DNA of 64,000 nucleotides, from contig CM119269.1 of NCBI GenBank assembly GCA_051294375.1, forward strand, positions 7,809,225-7,873,224. Reading direction: 5' to 3'. The position numbers and the translations under genes were made by a program. Each line of letters starts with the position of its first letter. Within the stretch, counting starts at the first letter, position 1. The DNA is from Paraspadella gotoi (taxonomy: Eukaryota > Animalia > Chaetognatha). The notes beneath the pieces were generated by a model. The model was not told the DNA's origin. It worked only from the letters and a program-made list of their open reading frames with translations, and did not search any database. This document shows, piece after piece, positions 39,124 to 54,179 of the stretch.

Positions 39124-42100
39124 TTTTTATATCGATAGAATGTGGAATGACGGGAAATAATTTAAATCTCAAGTTTTGCTGTTAAATGGGACCCTCACAT
39201 TGTGGAGAATCTAGGAAACCAATCAAAATTCCAAACACTTTTTTTTCAACATTCTCGCCTTTAAGAATTTTCGCCGATTCCTGACTTCCTCTTACAAACT
39301 TTAATTCGCTAGTTAATTTTTTTTTCTAAAGCGAGCGAAGGGAATCCACAACTTTCTGTTATTTTAATGATTTCTGGTAAAAAAATATAATAAATACATT
39401 AACATTGGGATATTATGAAAGTATAATCAGGGTTGTCCCCTTGGTTGAGCCCTGTGAGACGTTAAATAATTAAAAAATTGCGGCTATTTTCATTATGAAA
39501 AATGACAGTAAGAGTGAAGAAAGTTGAATGTCTTCTGGCTCATTTCAGTAGAACATCCCTGTTCTGCTAGCATAAAATAATGTCTTACTTTTGCTGGTGG
39601 AAAAGAAAGATAAGATACTTAGGCCTGTGATGGGGTGAATAAATATTTTGTAAATTTTTGTAAGCATGCTTGTAAAATCAGACCAAGCAAATATAAGTGA
39701 CAAAAATCACATTTTCTTTATGCCAAAAAACTTTAAAGTTTTACTAGAGTACAAATTGGCCTTTTTTCTTTCATGAATCATTAAAAAAATTAAATTTTCA
39801 TTTATTCTTGATGGGGTGTCATTAGTTTAAAAATTCATTATAATTTTTGACTTAGTTTGACACTTCACGCAACATGCTTAAGGAGGTTTGCAGCATAAGT
39901 AATCTAAAAATTGTATCTTGTATGTGGCCCTATGATTTGGTTTCATTTTGGTACATTACCATCCCTTTATCTTATTCCTTCAAAAGGGATATTAGAAGAA
40001 AATCAGTTTTTTTTCACCTTCTTTTAATTTCTTTTGTTCAAATAAAATTTCGCGATTCAAACCGGACTATTTTCATTTAAACCTATCATTTTATGTAAAA
40101 TCATTATAAAATGAAAAAAAAAAATAGAACAAGCTCTTCAGACACAAAGCTATCAAGAAAATCGCGAAAAAATTCCCCTAAGTCGCTCATGTAACGAGGA
40201 ACATATAGAAATCCGTTTGCAATTTTAAGTTTGTAAACTTTCCCTTTCATTTCCATAGTAAAAATGAGGTTTGAAAACATTCTCCGGAGATGAGTAGTTG
40301 CTTTCCCTGGCTTGTTTGATATAAATCCTTTATCAAATGCCATAAAACGAATAGGACAAGCTCTCAGATGCAACGCTCTCGGAATCGTGCGTTTTTAAAG
40401 TGTTTTTTAACCGAATTTCTGGATAACGCGTTTTGCAATTTGGGTAGTCAAGATTGAAGCGGAATTACTCTATTAGAAAATGTTGAATTTTTTTTTAAGT
40501 CGAGATTCTTCTCAAAGGTTAGGGATTCGGGTAAGGGATTAAAGATTAAGGTTGTAATTTAAGTTATAGGTTTCGGTAAATAAATTTAAAATTTATTTTA
40601 AAGCGATGTAGGAATAGAAATGGGGGCGTTTTTGAAAAAGAGAGCCCAAGAGCTATTTACTTTTCGTCCCTCTCTTTGCACCTTTCTTTTGCTTATATTA
40701 ATAGTTATATATAATTAGTTATACATCTGTTTCTATTTTTTCTCTTATTCTTCGCTCAAAGAAAAGTGTGAAACTGAAAGTAATGCACCAGGTAGATGGC
40801 ATCTGGTTATAATCGTCGGAGGGCGAAAAGCGAGTTGCATTTGTTTTTATGACGCGCCACGACATCTATCGTTCTTTTTATATAACTTCTTTTCTCTTTA
40901 TTTTCCTCCTACTTCTCCCATCCTAGTTTCTGTTTTTCAGAGTACCTGAACCTTTTATTTTTACAAATAGCTAATACAATTTTTTTCATTGATAATCTTA
41001 ATTTTAAAGGGTCTTTTCTTTAAATTTTCTACCTGCGTTTCATTCTTTCATGTACTTCCAACGTTTTTTCCGCTGTACTTTTTCTTTCTTTTTTTCTAAC
41101 TTTAAAACGAAAAATCGAAAAGTATCGATTCCTGTTTTGTTTCTTTGTTTATTTTTAAAGCAAAGACAAAATTAGATTCTCGATGCTTCTCGTCCAAACA
41201 GATGTCGAACGACAGATTTAATTATTCTCCATCCGTACGTCTCGCTCTGTACGGATTCTCAGTCACGTACTCATCAACACACATCTCTATCACTCACACA
41301 CAATCTCTTTCTCAGTTTTCTCCAGCGTTTTTAATCTCTTTGTCCATTCTAACTCATGTCCTTTGTCCTTTTGTTCAATTTAATTTTCACAGTGTTTCTT
41401 TCTTTGGCCTGCCACGTTTTTTTTTCATAATTTTCAACTCCTTCTACATCACCTGTGCGCCTCTCTTACCCACACTCTGGTGCTGCCCTCCCCACGCTCC
41501 TCGCAAAACTTACGGCCACAAGTAAATAAGAACTCCACTTGCTTTTTCTGATTTGAGTTCTATCGGAAAATATGTACACAATGATTAAAGTTTATAAATT
41601 TATATAGTTTTTTAGGCCGACTCTTCTTCGTAAAAAAAACAAATGTCACATTAAGCAAGTTGAATTTTGCATGTTTTTTTTATCTTGAGACGAGAGGCAA
41701 TTTAATAGTTTAAAATACCTCAATTGATATAAATTATATTAAATTTAAAAAAATTACGAATTATCAAAAAGTTATCAATCTTAAATGAACGGCATTGTTT
41801 GGTCATCTCTTATTATTCTTTTCACATATCAAGTCGTCCAAGTAGGTTTTTCGTCACAGATAGATAGGGATGCAAACAAGTTATTTTTTTCAAAAAATCA
41901 CGACATCGAAGTACCTTGTTGTTTTTTTTGTTTTTTTGTGCGAGCGGCGACTCTCTTCTCCGGGGGGCGAGATACGCGCCGCGGGGCCGCCGCGACTCCC
42001 TGGCGTCGAGGACGAACGGCTCCGTCGTCTTCCCGGGCGGGTCGCTTGCCGTCGCGCCGGAAATCGCCTCCGTCTCCGACAGAGGGCGCGATCGGACTTG

Positions 42101-45100
42101 GGGTTTGGAGAGGAATATCGCCAGATACATAATTGTATAAATTTTTTTTTAAAATGTAATTCTTTTATGTAATGTAAAGTTAATTGTAATGTGAAATTGA
42201 TGTTAATTGTAATGCAATACCGAAGTTATGTATTTCTTTTAATGTTTTGAAACGTAACGTAAATTCTTCAACAAGGTATAGTTGATTAAGTATAACTGAC
42301 ACTGTTCAATGATAAATTGCCATTTTAGACCGATGAAAATTTGCTATCTAAGATTAGCATAGACTTTCATAAGTAAAAAGATAAGTAATCTTTTATCATA
42401 TTTCAAATAATTGACGTAAAAAGAACTGACAGAACAAGTAATTTGAACGAAGACCAGTTTTTTCCTCGACATAATCATATTTGTGTTTGTCATTTGATTG
42501 GCACGAGAGACTCTAAGCCTCCCATTTCGAAGTAATGAATGTGATGTTAAAGAGAAAAGATTTTCTCAAAATTCCAGATAGCTTTATATCTTCTATATCT
42601 TCTTCTTTTTTCTCCTTGATCTTTATATTTTATATAATCCCTTTATTTTCTTCCCTTTCTTAATTTTCCCTCCCTTTCCTTTCCTTTCTCCTCCGCTTCT
42701 CTATTTACCTTTCTTCCGTCCCTCCTAAACTTTCTCCTTTCTCTTCCTTATCTCCGTCTCTGCACCTTCTTTCCTCTTTCTATTCCTTTCCTTTCTCCCC
42801 TACTTTTCTCCTTTGGCCTTCACCTTCTCCCTCTCAGTCTCTCCTTCCTTTCTCATTTTCTTTATCTCCCTCCTGCCCTCTCCTCCTCCTCCTCCCTCAC
42901 TTCTCTCATTCCCTTCTCCACCACCGCGCACCTGGCGGTCTCTCCGTTAAGAATCCGCTTGGCACCTGGTTAAGCCGCGCCCTTCGACGAGCGTCGTTGG
43001 CGGCCGCGAGACTGCCGGCGAGGACCGCGCCGGCGCCGGGACGATGACAGCGACGCGACGACGAAATTAGCGGCGTCGTCGTCGTCGTTGTCGTCGTCGT
43101 CGTTGTGGCCATGCCGGGAGACGTCATGGTCAATGTTCGTCGTCGGTCGTCCGTCGTCCTTCAACGTCGAATCGATTCGTTTTGTTTCAGTTTGCATTCA
43201 AAGACATAGAAATAGGAGAGAAAAGAAAAAAGTAAAATAATGTGAAAAAAAAAAAAGTAATGGGAAAAAAGAATAGTTATGTACAGTTCTGACGATAATT
43301 AGCGGGGTAATATCGTTTTATCTTTGTAACATTCCTTTATTTTTCGCTCGTTTCGTCATTATATGTTCCGCGTCTTTTGCCTTCTTCACTTTTATTTTTC
43401 TCTTGCTTCTTTAATTCACTGCTTGCTTTGCTTCGAACCTTAATTGAATTGCCGGTTACTTTTTTACCCTCTTTTTATTTTCATTAAGTTAGTCCTGTTT
43501 GAGTTTTATTTGCGCCGCGAGGTCCTCGCGAGTACTTCGCGAGCAACTCTAGCAAGACACTTGGGTGTCGGTCCGTCGGTCTGGTCTCTACTTATTGTTA
43601 AAATGCTTTATAAATTGGGGGAAATTCTTCATCAATTTAGTTAATATTTTTTGTAACATCCGTGATAATGTCTAAAATTTAACGCAGCTTTAAATTCGGT
43701 TGCCATTTTGTTAAATTTTCTAAATTCCAAAACTAAACAACAGCTGGCGCTACCTTTAATTTTTGGGAATCAATAAAAATAAAAGATAAAATTCCGATAC
43801 ATTGTGTATGCATGTTAATTACATGATCACACACGAAAATATACTAAAGTCACTGGGGCGCAACAATTTGGAATTACCGTTCTTTGTTTTTAAGTCAGTC
43901 TCTTTCTTCTCTCTGCTCTATTTGAGCTTCCGATGGTGACACTTCCTCATAAGGAAAACGCCACCCGTCGTTTTCGCCCACACCCCCGACAACACCCCTT
44001 GCTCCCACCCCACGCCCTCGTGCCACTCAGAGTCTCCTCCCTCAATCTTAGAAATCAACTTTCAACCGCAATTTACATTTCGGAGATTTAACTTCTTCTT
44101 CTTTTATATTTCTTATCTTCTTCTCCTTTTTCTTCTTCTCTTTATTTTCTTATCTTCTTCTCGCTTCTTTTTCTTCTTCTTCTTTCCTTTATATTTCTCA
44201 TCTTCTTCTCCTTCTTTTTTCTTCTTCTTCTACTTCCTTCCCTCTTTTATTATCCCTGGTCTAAAACCTCTGTTCCGATTCCACGGGTTAAATCGTTCGA
44301 ACTAAGAATCCAACTCTGAACAGAGAAAATCCCAAGAGACTTTTTGGTCTTTTTTTTTTGGCCGCTGTCGATGCCTTTGCTTTGGCCGCAAACAACGGTT
44401 TAATTAATGTAACTGTATTGTAGTCATTGCATTGTTTACCCACCTAAATTATGTTTAAACGTCTAGGTATTATTGTTTCACTTAAACAAAGTAGCAACTT
44501 TGTATTTCTACTCAATGATCAAGTTCCCGTTTTATAGTCAAAGTCTCAAAACGATTCTTTTCTCTTTAATTCACCTCGCGTTTTCCTTTTCTCCAAGTTT
44601 TACTGGCGATTGGTCTTCCGCCGAGAGCTAATTCTCATTCTTCCCCACGAGTTGATCCCCACGCTCGGAGATACGTCCCTTTTCTCTACTGCGCCATTAA
44701 TCGCCTCTTGGGATTGTTCCCCCTTTACTCAATTCCCCTGGGGATTTTTCCCCAAAGAAAACGTGGCAACGTCACCGCAAGGAAATCCTTTCACAGTGAC
44801 TTGATATCTTAAAAACGAATACACGAATTCCTTGACACCTTCTGATGCCACGGAATCCCCATACCGCCCGCTAACACCCACCCTGACACCCCGACAGGAG
44901 ATCCCTCTGACACCTCTGACTCCCCAAGACCCCTGGTGGCCCCCCCCTGGATGCCGTCTGACACCTCAAATATCTCTCGAAGCCTTCTAAAACGCAAACT
45001 CTGGATGCTCCTGACACCAAAAACCTCCAGACGCCCTTGTAACAAAAGACCCTAGGACGACCCCTGACACCAAGACCCACGGACACCCTTCGTCCTTTTT

Positions 45101-45814
45101 CGTTGATGAGGCGAATAATTTATTGGCTTTTTTCCTTTTTTTCCGCTTTTTTTCCTTTTATCTTTGTCAGGCGTCTAAACAAAGATGAAACTGGAAAAAA
45201 AGGAAGGAAAGAAGTGAAAGAAGAAACGCGTCAACTCGCGACGTAGATTCCATCCATAATTTTTGTGGGTGTGTGTGAGAGCTTTTTTTAAATCTTAATC
45301 TTCTTTCGATGACTTAATAAACTAAATCGGCAAAAGCTTTTTGTTATTATATATTGGCGACTCTCGATCTATTCCATAAATACCAAATTTACATATTATA
45401 TCAATAAATACAACAACGACTTTCTTTAACAATTAGGAATTATCAGTACAGCTAGGGCAAAGTGAAGTAATAAAAAATTTAACTTTTTTTAAACGCGATA
45501 ACGATTTTACAAATTGATAAGAATAAATACATTTTCACAAGGCCAGGTTCCGTTTTAATTAACACGCGATACCAATCGAAAAGCTTTGCAAACGCTGAGC
45601 CTTTTCGCCACCGATTAGATTGTCATCATTTCACAATAATAGTTAGCAACGCCGGGCTGCCCTCCTTTACCTCCCGATTCAGCGAAGCGAGGTCCGCGCG
45701 GGCGTCACTGCCACGCCACCAGGCGTCAGCGGCGCTGGAAAATGACGCCGGCGAGAGATTCGGATAGGAGATCAAAGAAGGGAAACATTGAAAGGTGAGG
45801 GGGTTGGGGTGATT

Positions 45815-45906
<92 letters not shown>

Positions 45907-46368
45907 GAGAGTGAGAGCAGTTGGGATGAAGAAAAAAAAGGAGATATACAAAGTTCAGAGTCGAATATGTCAACTTCATTTCGATTTTGTTTCCATTTGC
46001 TTTATCTCTGTTTTTGTTTCAACAATCAATTGTTTTTATTAATTTTTGTTTTATGGTTTTGGTTTAGGTTTTATTTATTTCTCCGTCTTATTTTTGTTTT
46101 TGTTATTATTTTCTTTCTCGTTTCTGTTTCGGTTTTTTCTTTGTTTGGCTTTTGTTTTTGTTTTTTGTTTCTTTTTGTGGTGACTAATTTTGGTGGGATG
46201 ACGAATTTGGGCGCCCGAAAAGTGCGAAATCGAAATCCTGGAAAAGAAAATTAAAATAATTTGTCTAATTCAAAGTTAACATTTAATTCTTTAAATTTGA
46301 TTAGAATAAATAAAGTAAAAAAACAGAATAGTAAGAATTGAAGGAGGGAGGAAGGGAGAGAGATAGTT

Positions 46369-46439
<71 letters not shown>

Positions 46440-46815
46440 AGAGAGAGAAAGAGCGAGGAAAGAGAGAATAATCATTTACGTCTATGATTAAACCAAATTC
46501 GTTTACGGTTACTACTCTACCTTTCAAGTCTTTTATGTTTGGCCTCATAGACGTTATTATAACAAGAGAATAAAACTAATAGCTAATTGAATTAAGAAAA
46601 TATAAAACAAAGGTTTCTAAGCAATAAGATGGTTTTGAGAAAAAAAAGCAGTTTGTATTGTCTGATTCAACATTCCACTTTTTCTTTAGAGGCCTAACAT
46701 CTCCGCTCATGCCCTCTTGCCTAATCTTTAGATCCGACCTCTCTCCCAATCTCTTAGATCTGACAACTCTCTCTCTCTCTCTATCCTTCTCTCTCTCTCT
46801 CTCTCTATCTCTCTT

Positions 46816-46864
<49 letters not shown>

Positions 46865-46996
46865 TCTTTTTCAGTCTCTTCTACGTTCTCTATTTTTTTC
46901 GGCTTCTGTTCTTGCATCGTATTTCTTCTGTGTACGACTGCTAAATTTTTATTCCAGGGATTCTCCGGTTCAACACTTGGTGACAACTCTGTCTCT

Positions 46997-47052
<56 letters not shown>

Positions 47053-47229
47053 CTCTCTCGTCTCTCTCTCTCTCTCGCTTTCTATTTCAACCACCCCCCA
47101 ACGTCCATAGTCCGGTTCACGCCAAGAATCATGTTCGTAGAGCCTGAATCAATACTCCTCTCTGAATCCTAATGAAGCGCAAATAGAAAAAAATTCGTAA
47201 AAACGTGAAAGTGAAAAGAGAAACAATGA

Positions 47230-47269
<40 letters not shown>

Positions 47270-47334
47270 AATAGAGAAAAAAAGAAAGAAAGAAAGAAAA
47301 GAAAGAAAGAAAGAAAGAAGAAAGAAAGAAAGAA

Positions 47335-47365
<31 letters not shown>

Positions 47366-47970
47366 GAATGAAAGAGATGAAATGGTGTTTTCCACCATTT
47401 GCAGTTGCGGCTTATGAATTATTCCGGCGTCAATCAAGACTGAAGCGCGAGTTCGATCATAATTCAGTTTTTTCTTCTTTTTTTTTCTATTTTAAAACTT
47501 TTTTTTAAAATCTCTCCGAAGACGAAAAATAAACGAGAGTCGAGATTACATTTATGAAAAAATACGGATTACGTTGTCTCGCTTAGATGTCAATTTGTAA
47601 AAAAGAAGAAAAATCGGATTCAATTTGAAATGTATTGTCTGGAGACAGTAAAGTTCGTGTGGTCGTGAGTTGATAACAAATTGATGTTCCACTGTTTTGG
47701 CCGAAACAGAAGAAAAAAAAACTGTTTTGAAAATAAAAACAGAAAAATTTTGAGAGAAAAAAAAATTAACGACGATTTTTTAGTTTTGGTTGAGAAAATT
47801 CCGCTTCCTGATTTTTGTGATATTGAAATATTGACTGACTTTTTGGACTGTTGATTTGAGAGGAATTTGAAATATTGACTGACTTTCGCACTGAGTTTCA
47901 GAGTTGAAATTCATTGCTTGACTTTGCGATGATTTCGCATGTATCGGTTTTTATGTAACTCTCTCTCTCA
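39123..47970 (+). repeat. Copy 2 of the tandem duplication, insertion-rich and probably an assembly artefact
   Basis: Collinear with 30491-39122 but about 200 bp longer through scattered 1-2-nt insertions. The exon copies near 41.9-42.1 kb and 42.9-43.2 kb are frameshifted. It is followed by noisy (CT)n and a 25-N gap. Confidence 0.9.
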
Positions 47971-48017
<47 letters not shown>

Positions 48018-48184
48018 TCACTCTCTTCTTTCTCTATGTATCTCTCTCTCACTTTCTCTCTCTCTCTTCTCGCGTTTTTACAACTAGTCTCTTTTCTTGC
48101 CTTATTTTTTTGGCACTGAGGCAGTCGAAAATGGGCTGTCTCTGAATCTCTATCTGCTATCTCTCTCTCTCTCCTCTCGATCTC

Positions 48185-48233
<49 letters not shown>

Positions 48234-48544
48234 TTTTTTTTTTTTTCTGGAAAAAATTTTTTATCTCTCATTTATTCTTCTTCTCTCCTACACCGACTTA
48301 TTCGTTCCATCTGTTGGATTATTCGGCGCAATCACTCCTCTTTCCTCTCTCTCTCTCTCGCTCTCTCTCCTCTCTCTCCTAGTTCCGTCAGGCTGACCGG
48401 ACCGCAGTTCTCTCTCAGTCTGCCTCTCGTTCTCTCTCCTCTCTCAGCNNNNNNNNNNNNNNNNNNNNNNNNNTCTCTTTTTCAGTTACAGCGTGGAAGA
48501 GACTGAAGATATTTTTATATTTTTTCGCACAAAATTGCGTGACA

Positions 48545-48575
<31 letters not shown>

Positions 48576-49461
48576 GGAAAAATAAGGAAGTCGAACTTCG
48601 TCGTTTCTGCCTTAAGGGAGGAAATTCCTTCTTTCNNNNNNNNNNNNNNNNNNNNNNNNNNNNNNNNNNNNNNNNNNNNNNNNNNNNNNNNNNNNNNNNN
48701 NNNNNNNNNNNNNNNNNNNNNNNNNNNNNNNNNNNNNNNNNNNNNNNNNNNNNNNNNNNNNNNNNNNNNNNNNNNNNNNNNNNNNNNNNNNNNNNNNNNN
48801 NNNNNNNNNNNNNNNNNNNNNNNNNNNNNNNNNNNNNNNNNNNNNNNNNNNNNNNNNNNNNNNNNNNTTTTTTTTTTTTAATTTTTATAATTTATATATT
48901 GAAACAAAATTTTTAGGTTTAATCCGAAGATAAGCGATTATAAAACTCATATGTATTCGTATATTTTAAGACTAAAGTCTATTTGTCGGATTTTTAAAAT
49001 GACTTAACTTTTTACAACACTAATAAAAACGTTAACAAAAACTTATAATAAAATAAATAAAATAACTAAAATAAAAAAAGCTTGCCATAAAAAAATTGTA
49101 CCAACTGCCCTTTGCCCTCCTCCAGACAGTGTACTTTCATATTTTTATGATTCTCGAGATGGCACATATTTCGATTTTCTTTTTCGCCTTTTTTACCATC
49201 TCCCTAATTCAAAATTAAACGAAATTAATATTTAACATACATGAACATAATTGAACATACATACAATAAATCTGGGTTCAGCTCATTCAACTCGAGAAAG
49301 TGTAACTTTCCTGCAAAAATAATAAATGCCATCTGCCGGCGGCAGAATTCGGAAAATACAAGACGACCTTGTCACATGCAGCGGCAACCCTGCAACGGAT
49401 TTGTATTTATCTCAAGTCGCGATTGTTTAAAGCGATTTTAAATATGAATTCGACGACGTCG

Positions 49462-50415
49462 TTAATCTCAAAATTATCTATTCTTATTTATTATAAAATT
49501 ATTCATTTAATCTTAAAATTATCTATTCTTATTTATTATAAAATTATTCATTTAATCTTAAAATTATCTATTCTCATCTATTATAAAATTATTCATTTAA
49601 TCTTAAAATTATCTATTCTTATTTATTATAAAATTATTCATTTAATCTTAAAATTATCTATTCTTATTTATTATAAAATTATTCATCTAATCTTAAAATT
49701 ATCAATTCTTATTTATTATAAAATTATTCATTTAATCTTAAAATTAAATCTATTCTTATTATATAAATATCAATTTAATCTTAAAATTATCTATTCTTAT
49801 CTATTATAAAATTAATCATTTAAATCTTAAAATTATCTTATTTCTTATTTATTATAAAATTAGTTATTTAATCTTAAAATTATCTATTCATATTTATATA
49901 AATTATTCATCTAATCTTAAAATTATCTATTCTTATTTATTATAAAATTATCTTTTAATCTTTAAAATATCTATTCTATTTTATTATTAAAATTAGTTAT
50001 TAATCTTAAAATTAGCTATTCATATTTATTATAAAATTATTCATCTAATCTTTAAAATTATCTATTCTTATTTATTATAAAATTATTCATTTAATCTTAA
50101 AATTATCTATTCTTATCTATTATAAAATTATTTTCATTTAATCTTAAAATTATCTATTCTTATTTATTATAAAATTATTCTTTTTAATTCTTTAAATATT
50201 TATCTATTCTTTATTATTATAAATTATTCATTTAATCTTAAAATTATCTATTCATATTTATTTATAAAATTATTCATCTAATCTTAAAATTATCATATTC
50301 TTATTTTATTATAATTATTCAATTTATCTTAAATTATCTATTCAATTTATTAATAATTATTCATCTAATCTTAAAATTATCTATTCTTATTTATTATAAA
50401 TTATTCTTTTAATCT
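49462..50415 (+). repeat. 45-bp AT-rich tandem repeat, about 21 copies
   Basis: Unit ttaatcttaaaattatctattcttatttattataaaattattcat, which gives the 15-aa periodicity in ORF 49369..49809. Confidence 0.95.
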
Positions 50416-50482
50416 TTTTTTATTCTACGGGTTATTTTTTCGCGCGATGGCATATAATAAGGAAATCCACGGGTACCGAGGC

Positions 50483-50980
50483 TACCGACCCTCACAAGCG
50501 TGCCTATCTGTTACCCGACCTCACATGCGTGCTATCTGTTACGGACCTCACATGCGTGCTATCTGTTACCGGACCTCACATGCGTGTATCTGTTACCGAC
50601 CTCACAAGCGTGCATATCTGTTTACCGACCTCACAAGCGTGCTATCTGTTACCAACCTCACAAGCGTGCTATCTGTTACCGAACCTCACATGCGTGCTAT
50701 CTGTTACCGACCTCACATGCGTGCTATCTGTTACCGACCTCAAAAGCGTGCTATCTGTTTCGACCCGTCACATGCGTGCTATCTGTTACCGACCTCACAT
50801 GCGTGCTATCTGTTTACCGACCTCACAAGCGTGCTATCTGTTACCGAGACCTCACAAGCGTGCTCTCTGTTACCGACCTCACAAGCGTGCTATCTGTTAC
50901 CGACCTCACATGGCGTGCTATCTGTTACCGACCTCACATGGCGTGCTATCTGTTACCGACCTCACAAGCGTGCTATCTGT
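50483..50980 (+). repeat. 27-bp tandem repeat, about 18 copies
   Basis: Unit tgttaccgacctcacaWgcgtgctatc, head-to-tail with no spacers. Confidence 0.95.
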
Positions 50981-51534
50981 CAGAAAAGTCCAGATAGTTT
51001 TTTGGGTTCTTGTCCTTTAAAATCTTTTCAGTCGTCGTAAATTCAAATCTTGCGCAGCAAAAAGTAACTGATTTTTCCAAACGTGAAAAAATCTGGATTT
51101 TGATAAAGCGAATTTCGCTTGACTTACACCACTCTAGTTTCATGACTCATATTGATATTAACCATGTCCTTTAGGTCACATAACAAACAGCTTTTGACTT
51201 TGAGTTTGCAATAAACACTTTAAACAGTGTCTGCTTTTAAAAGCGAATAGTGAAGAACAAAGCGCAAAAGCTGAAACTCCATTGGGTGAAAGCAATTAAC
51301 CTGTCTTTCGATTGTTTAGCACCATTGATGAAAACTTGATTCAAAAGATTAAATTTCTTTTGAGTTCGTGACCCGGAAATCTCCTTGTATTTACTGGGTT
51401 AATTCCTTATTTAAAGGGAGTTTCGTATGAAAATTCAAAATGAAATTCGTTTGGGAATCTGTTTTGAAATGTTGAATTCATCAACCTTGGGCACTGAGAA
51501 CCCAAGAGCGGGTTCTGTGTCATAAAAAGAGAGT

Positions 51535-51602
<68 letters not shown>

Positions 51603-51744
51603 GATAGAAATCGTGGCAATGTCGTCCAGAATCGTTAAGAGGTTTCCACCCAGATTTGAACAAGAAAAAGAGAAAAAAGGACATTAGATTTTATTGCCGG
51701 GACTAATTCTTTTATCTAGAGAAAGAGTGACAGAGGGAGGGAGG

Positions 51745-51842
<98 letters not shown>

Positions 51843-52979
51843 CAGATGCAGGAACCGATGAGATAAAGACATCATAACTGCTATCGCCGATGAAAAGTGA
51901 GAGAGGGACCGACTGGTAAGGGAGCAAAAAAGCGAAATTAAAGGCACCAACTGGTAAGTTACTATGAGATACTATGTGAAAAGCGATTGATGGACGCAAA
52001 GAAAAATTGAGCGTTTGAACTTTAAAGAAATCGCTGCAGCAAATAGCGGGAATTCTACTGAGAAGATTAATTTCGTGTTCAAAGGTTCGACTGGAAAAAT
52101 CGTTGCTGGAGGCGAAGGAAAAAATAGAAGGGTCCAGTCGGCCCACCGCGGAGAAAATGGATAGCCCAATACAGAACAAAAGAAGGAAAGAAAAAAGAAA
52201 TACAACTTCAGTATGAAGGCCTAATGGTACGAAAAAGGATTGCCCAATACAGAACAATTTAGGAGAATATGAAGAAAGAAATGAATAAAAAAAAAGAAAG
52301 GCTCAACAAAGAATAAAAGGATTGCCCAATACAGAACAAGTTAGGTAATCTAAAGAAAGAAACTAAAGTAAAGAGAATAAATGGAGAGAAATCTAATAAG
52401 ATAAAGAAATATTGCTCAATTCAGTAGAGAAAGAGAAAGGCAAAACGCCAGCGAGAAGAAGGAAGACCCAACCATAAAGTTGAGTTGGAAAGCCCAAGGA
52501 AAGAAACTTATATTCCTTTTAGATTTGAATTTAATGGAAGTTTACATCACGAAAACGAGAAATAAAAGTGAAAAATACGCAAAGCTGTTTACTTGTTGTT
52601 TATTTTTATGTTTTATTATAAACATACTGTGAGTAATATTTTGAAACTTGCCATTTCATAAAAAAATAAGAAAATTTGGACGGTTACTTGTTTTACTATA
52701 TTAAATTAATTTTAAATTAGTGGTGAGAGGGATGTTAGTGTTATCTATACTCAAGGATAAAATTACTTTCTGCCCTAGGTTAATGATTAGATGTTAAACA
52801 TCGTTCTAGTTAGATCACATTGTCATATTGTCCCTCCAACAATCTCTTTATTTTCTTCTCATCTTCTTCTTTTCCTCGTGAATAAATTCGTCGAGGTCAG
52901 TCGATCGTTTATTCATGTCATGAATCATCCTCCACCTGACGATGAATAAAGACATGAATCACCTCCCGATTGAATCATC

Positions 52980-53266
52980 GCCTCTGTTTTTAAATGCGCC
53001 CAATTTCTTAATCCCTGAAATAAATTTAACAAATAATCGATTACAAAACCCCTAACGTAATCCTTAGCCCTAAAACTGAACCCTAATCTTTAATCATAAA
53101 TCTCGAACCCTAGCCCTGAACCCTAACCCTAATCTCTTAGCCTAACCCCTTAATCCTGATACTTGACGCAATTCCTAACCCTAACCCCTAACCAAAATCT
53201 TTAAACCTAATAACTATCCTAATTTCGAATTTAAGATGAAAATGAGGCGTTTTGGAAAAATAGGGC
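52980..53266. mobile_element. Short TIR element with internal degenerate (CCCTAA)n, copy G
   Basis: Left gcctctgtttttaaatgcgcccaatttc, right gaaaatgaggcgttttggaaaaatagggc, interior ccctaaccctaatc...cctaaccctaacccctaacc. Confidence 0.65.
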
Positions 53267-53380
53267 TGAAATATCTGCGTGAGTTTTAGATCGTGGTTAC
53301 ATCTCAGACTCCATTGGGAAAAAAAAATGGGAAAAAATAATCGTGATACTAGCATGTCCCAATGTCCCATAAGTCAACGT

Positions 53381-53526
53381 TTTTCGCGCCCTGAATATTT
53401 GGAAGAGTTTGAAGGAAGCTTTCAAATAGTGAGTCGAAGGAAGACAAAGACGAATTTATGGGCGTGGCGCCGGCGCTAACGACACTCCGGCCGCGCCAAA
53501 AACGATGCCAAGGGTTTGGCGCGCCC
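53381..53526. promoter_or_regulatory. Candidate promoter with three E2F-type motifs and a GC box
   Basis: TTTTCGCGCC (53381), CGCGCCAAAA (53492), TTTGGCGCGC (53515) and GGGCGTGGC (53460). Motif match only. Confidence 0.3.
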
Positions 53527-53735
53527 GACTCGTTTCCGGTTTTCCAGAGGTCGTTGGCCTTGAGAAAAAAAAACAAAAACAATGATAACGACCACGAAAA
53601 AAAACAGAAACAAGACCTTTTGAATTTTGATCTGGAATGTGAACCGAGACTTAAAATTGAATTTTTTCTCTTTTTTTGCTGAACGAACGAAAGAAAGAAA
53701 GAAAGAAAGAAAGAAAGTTAGAAAGAAAGAAAGTT

Positions 53736-53802
<67 letters not shown>

Positions 53803-54179
53803 AATAGAAAAATAAATAAAAAAAAACAAATAGAAAAATAAATTGATAAATAAAAAATAGTAACCGAGACTGAATCGTTTTAACAACTACTATGTTAATC
53901 ATTTGAGAAATTAAAAGAATAACCTTGTTTTTTCATAACATTGTTATTTCTTTTAATGCAGACCTGGTTTAAACTAAACCTTCTCCCACATAATTATTTT
54001 ACCGCGACTTCGTCCAAAGAGATTCCAATTAAAGTCCTTTTGTTTTTTTTTTCTTCGCGGTCGAAGTTGAAAAGGTTTTCGTCAGAGGCGCCTCAATCGC
54101 CGTCTAACGACATTTTGACGCGTGGCCTCTTCATTTTCGAGAGGTTGATGGAAGAGAAACTCTCGAGAGGTCAGTTTAC

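Noticed and set aside
41914-43200. Frameshifted exon copies as a pseudogene
   Set aside because: The error pattern fits uncorrected long-read sequence within the artefact-like duplication.
49369-49809. 146-aa ORF with 15-aa repeats
   Set aside because: It is a translation of the 45-bp AT-rich satellite.
50483-50980. 27-bp repeat array as a CRISPR, or the three overlapping 163-197-aa ORFs as genes
   Set aside because: Units are head-to-tail with no unique spacers and there are no cas genes. The ORFs are open only because the unit lacks stops in all three plus frames.
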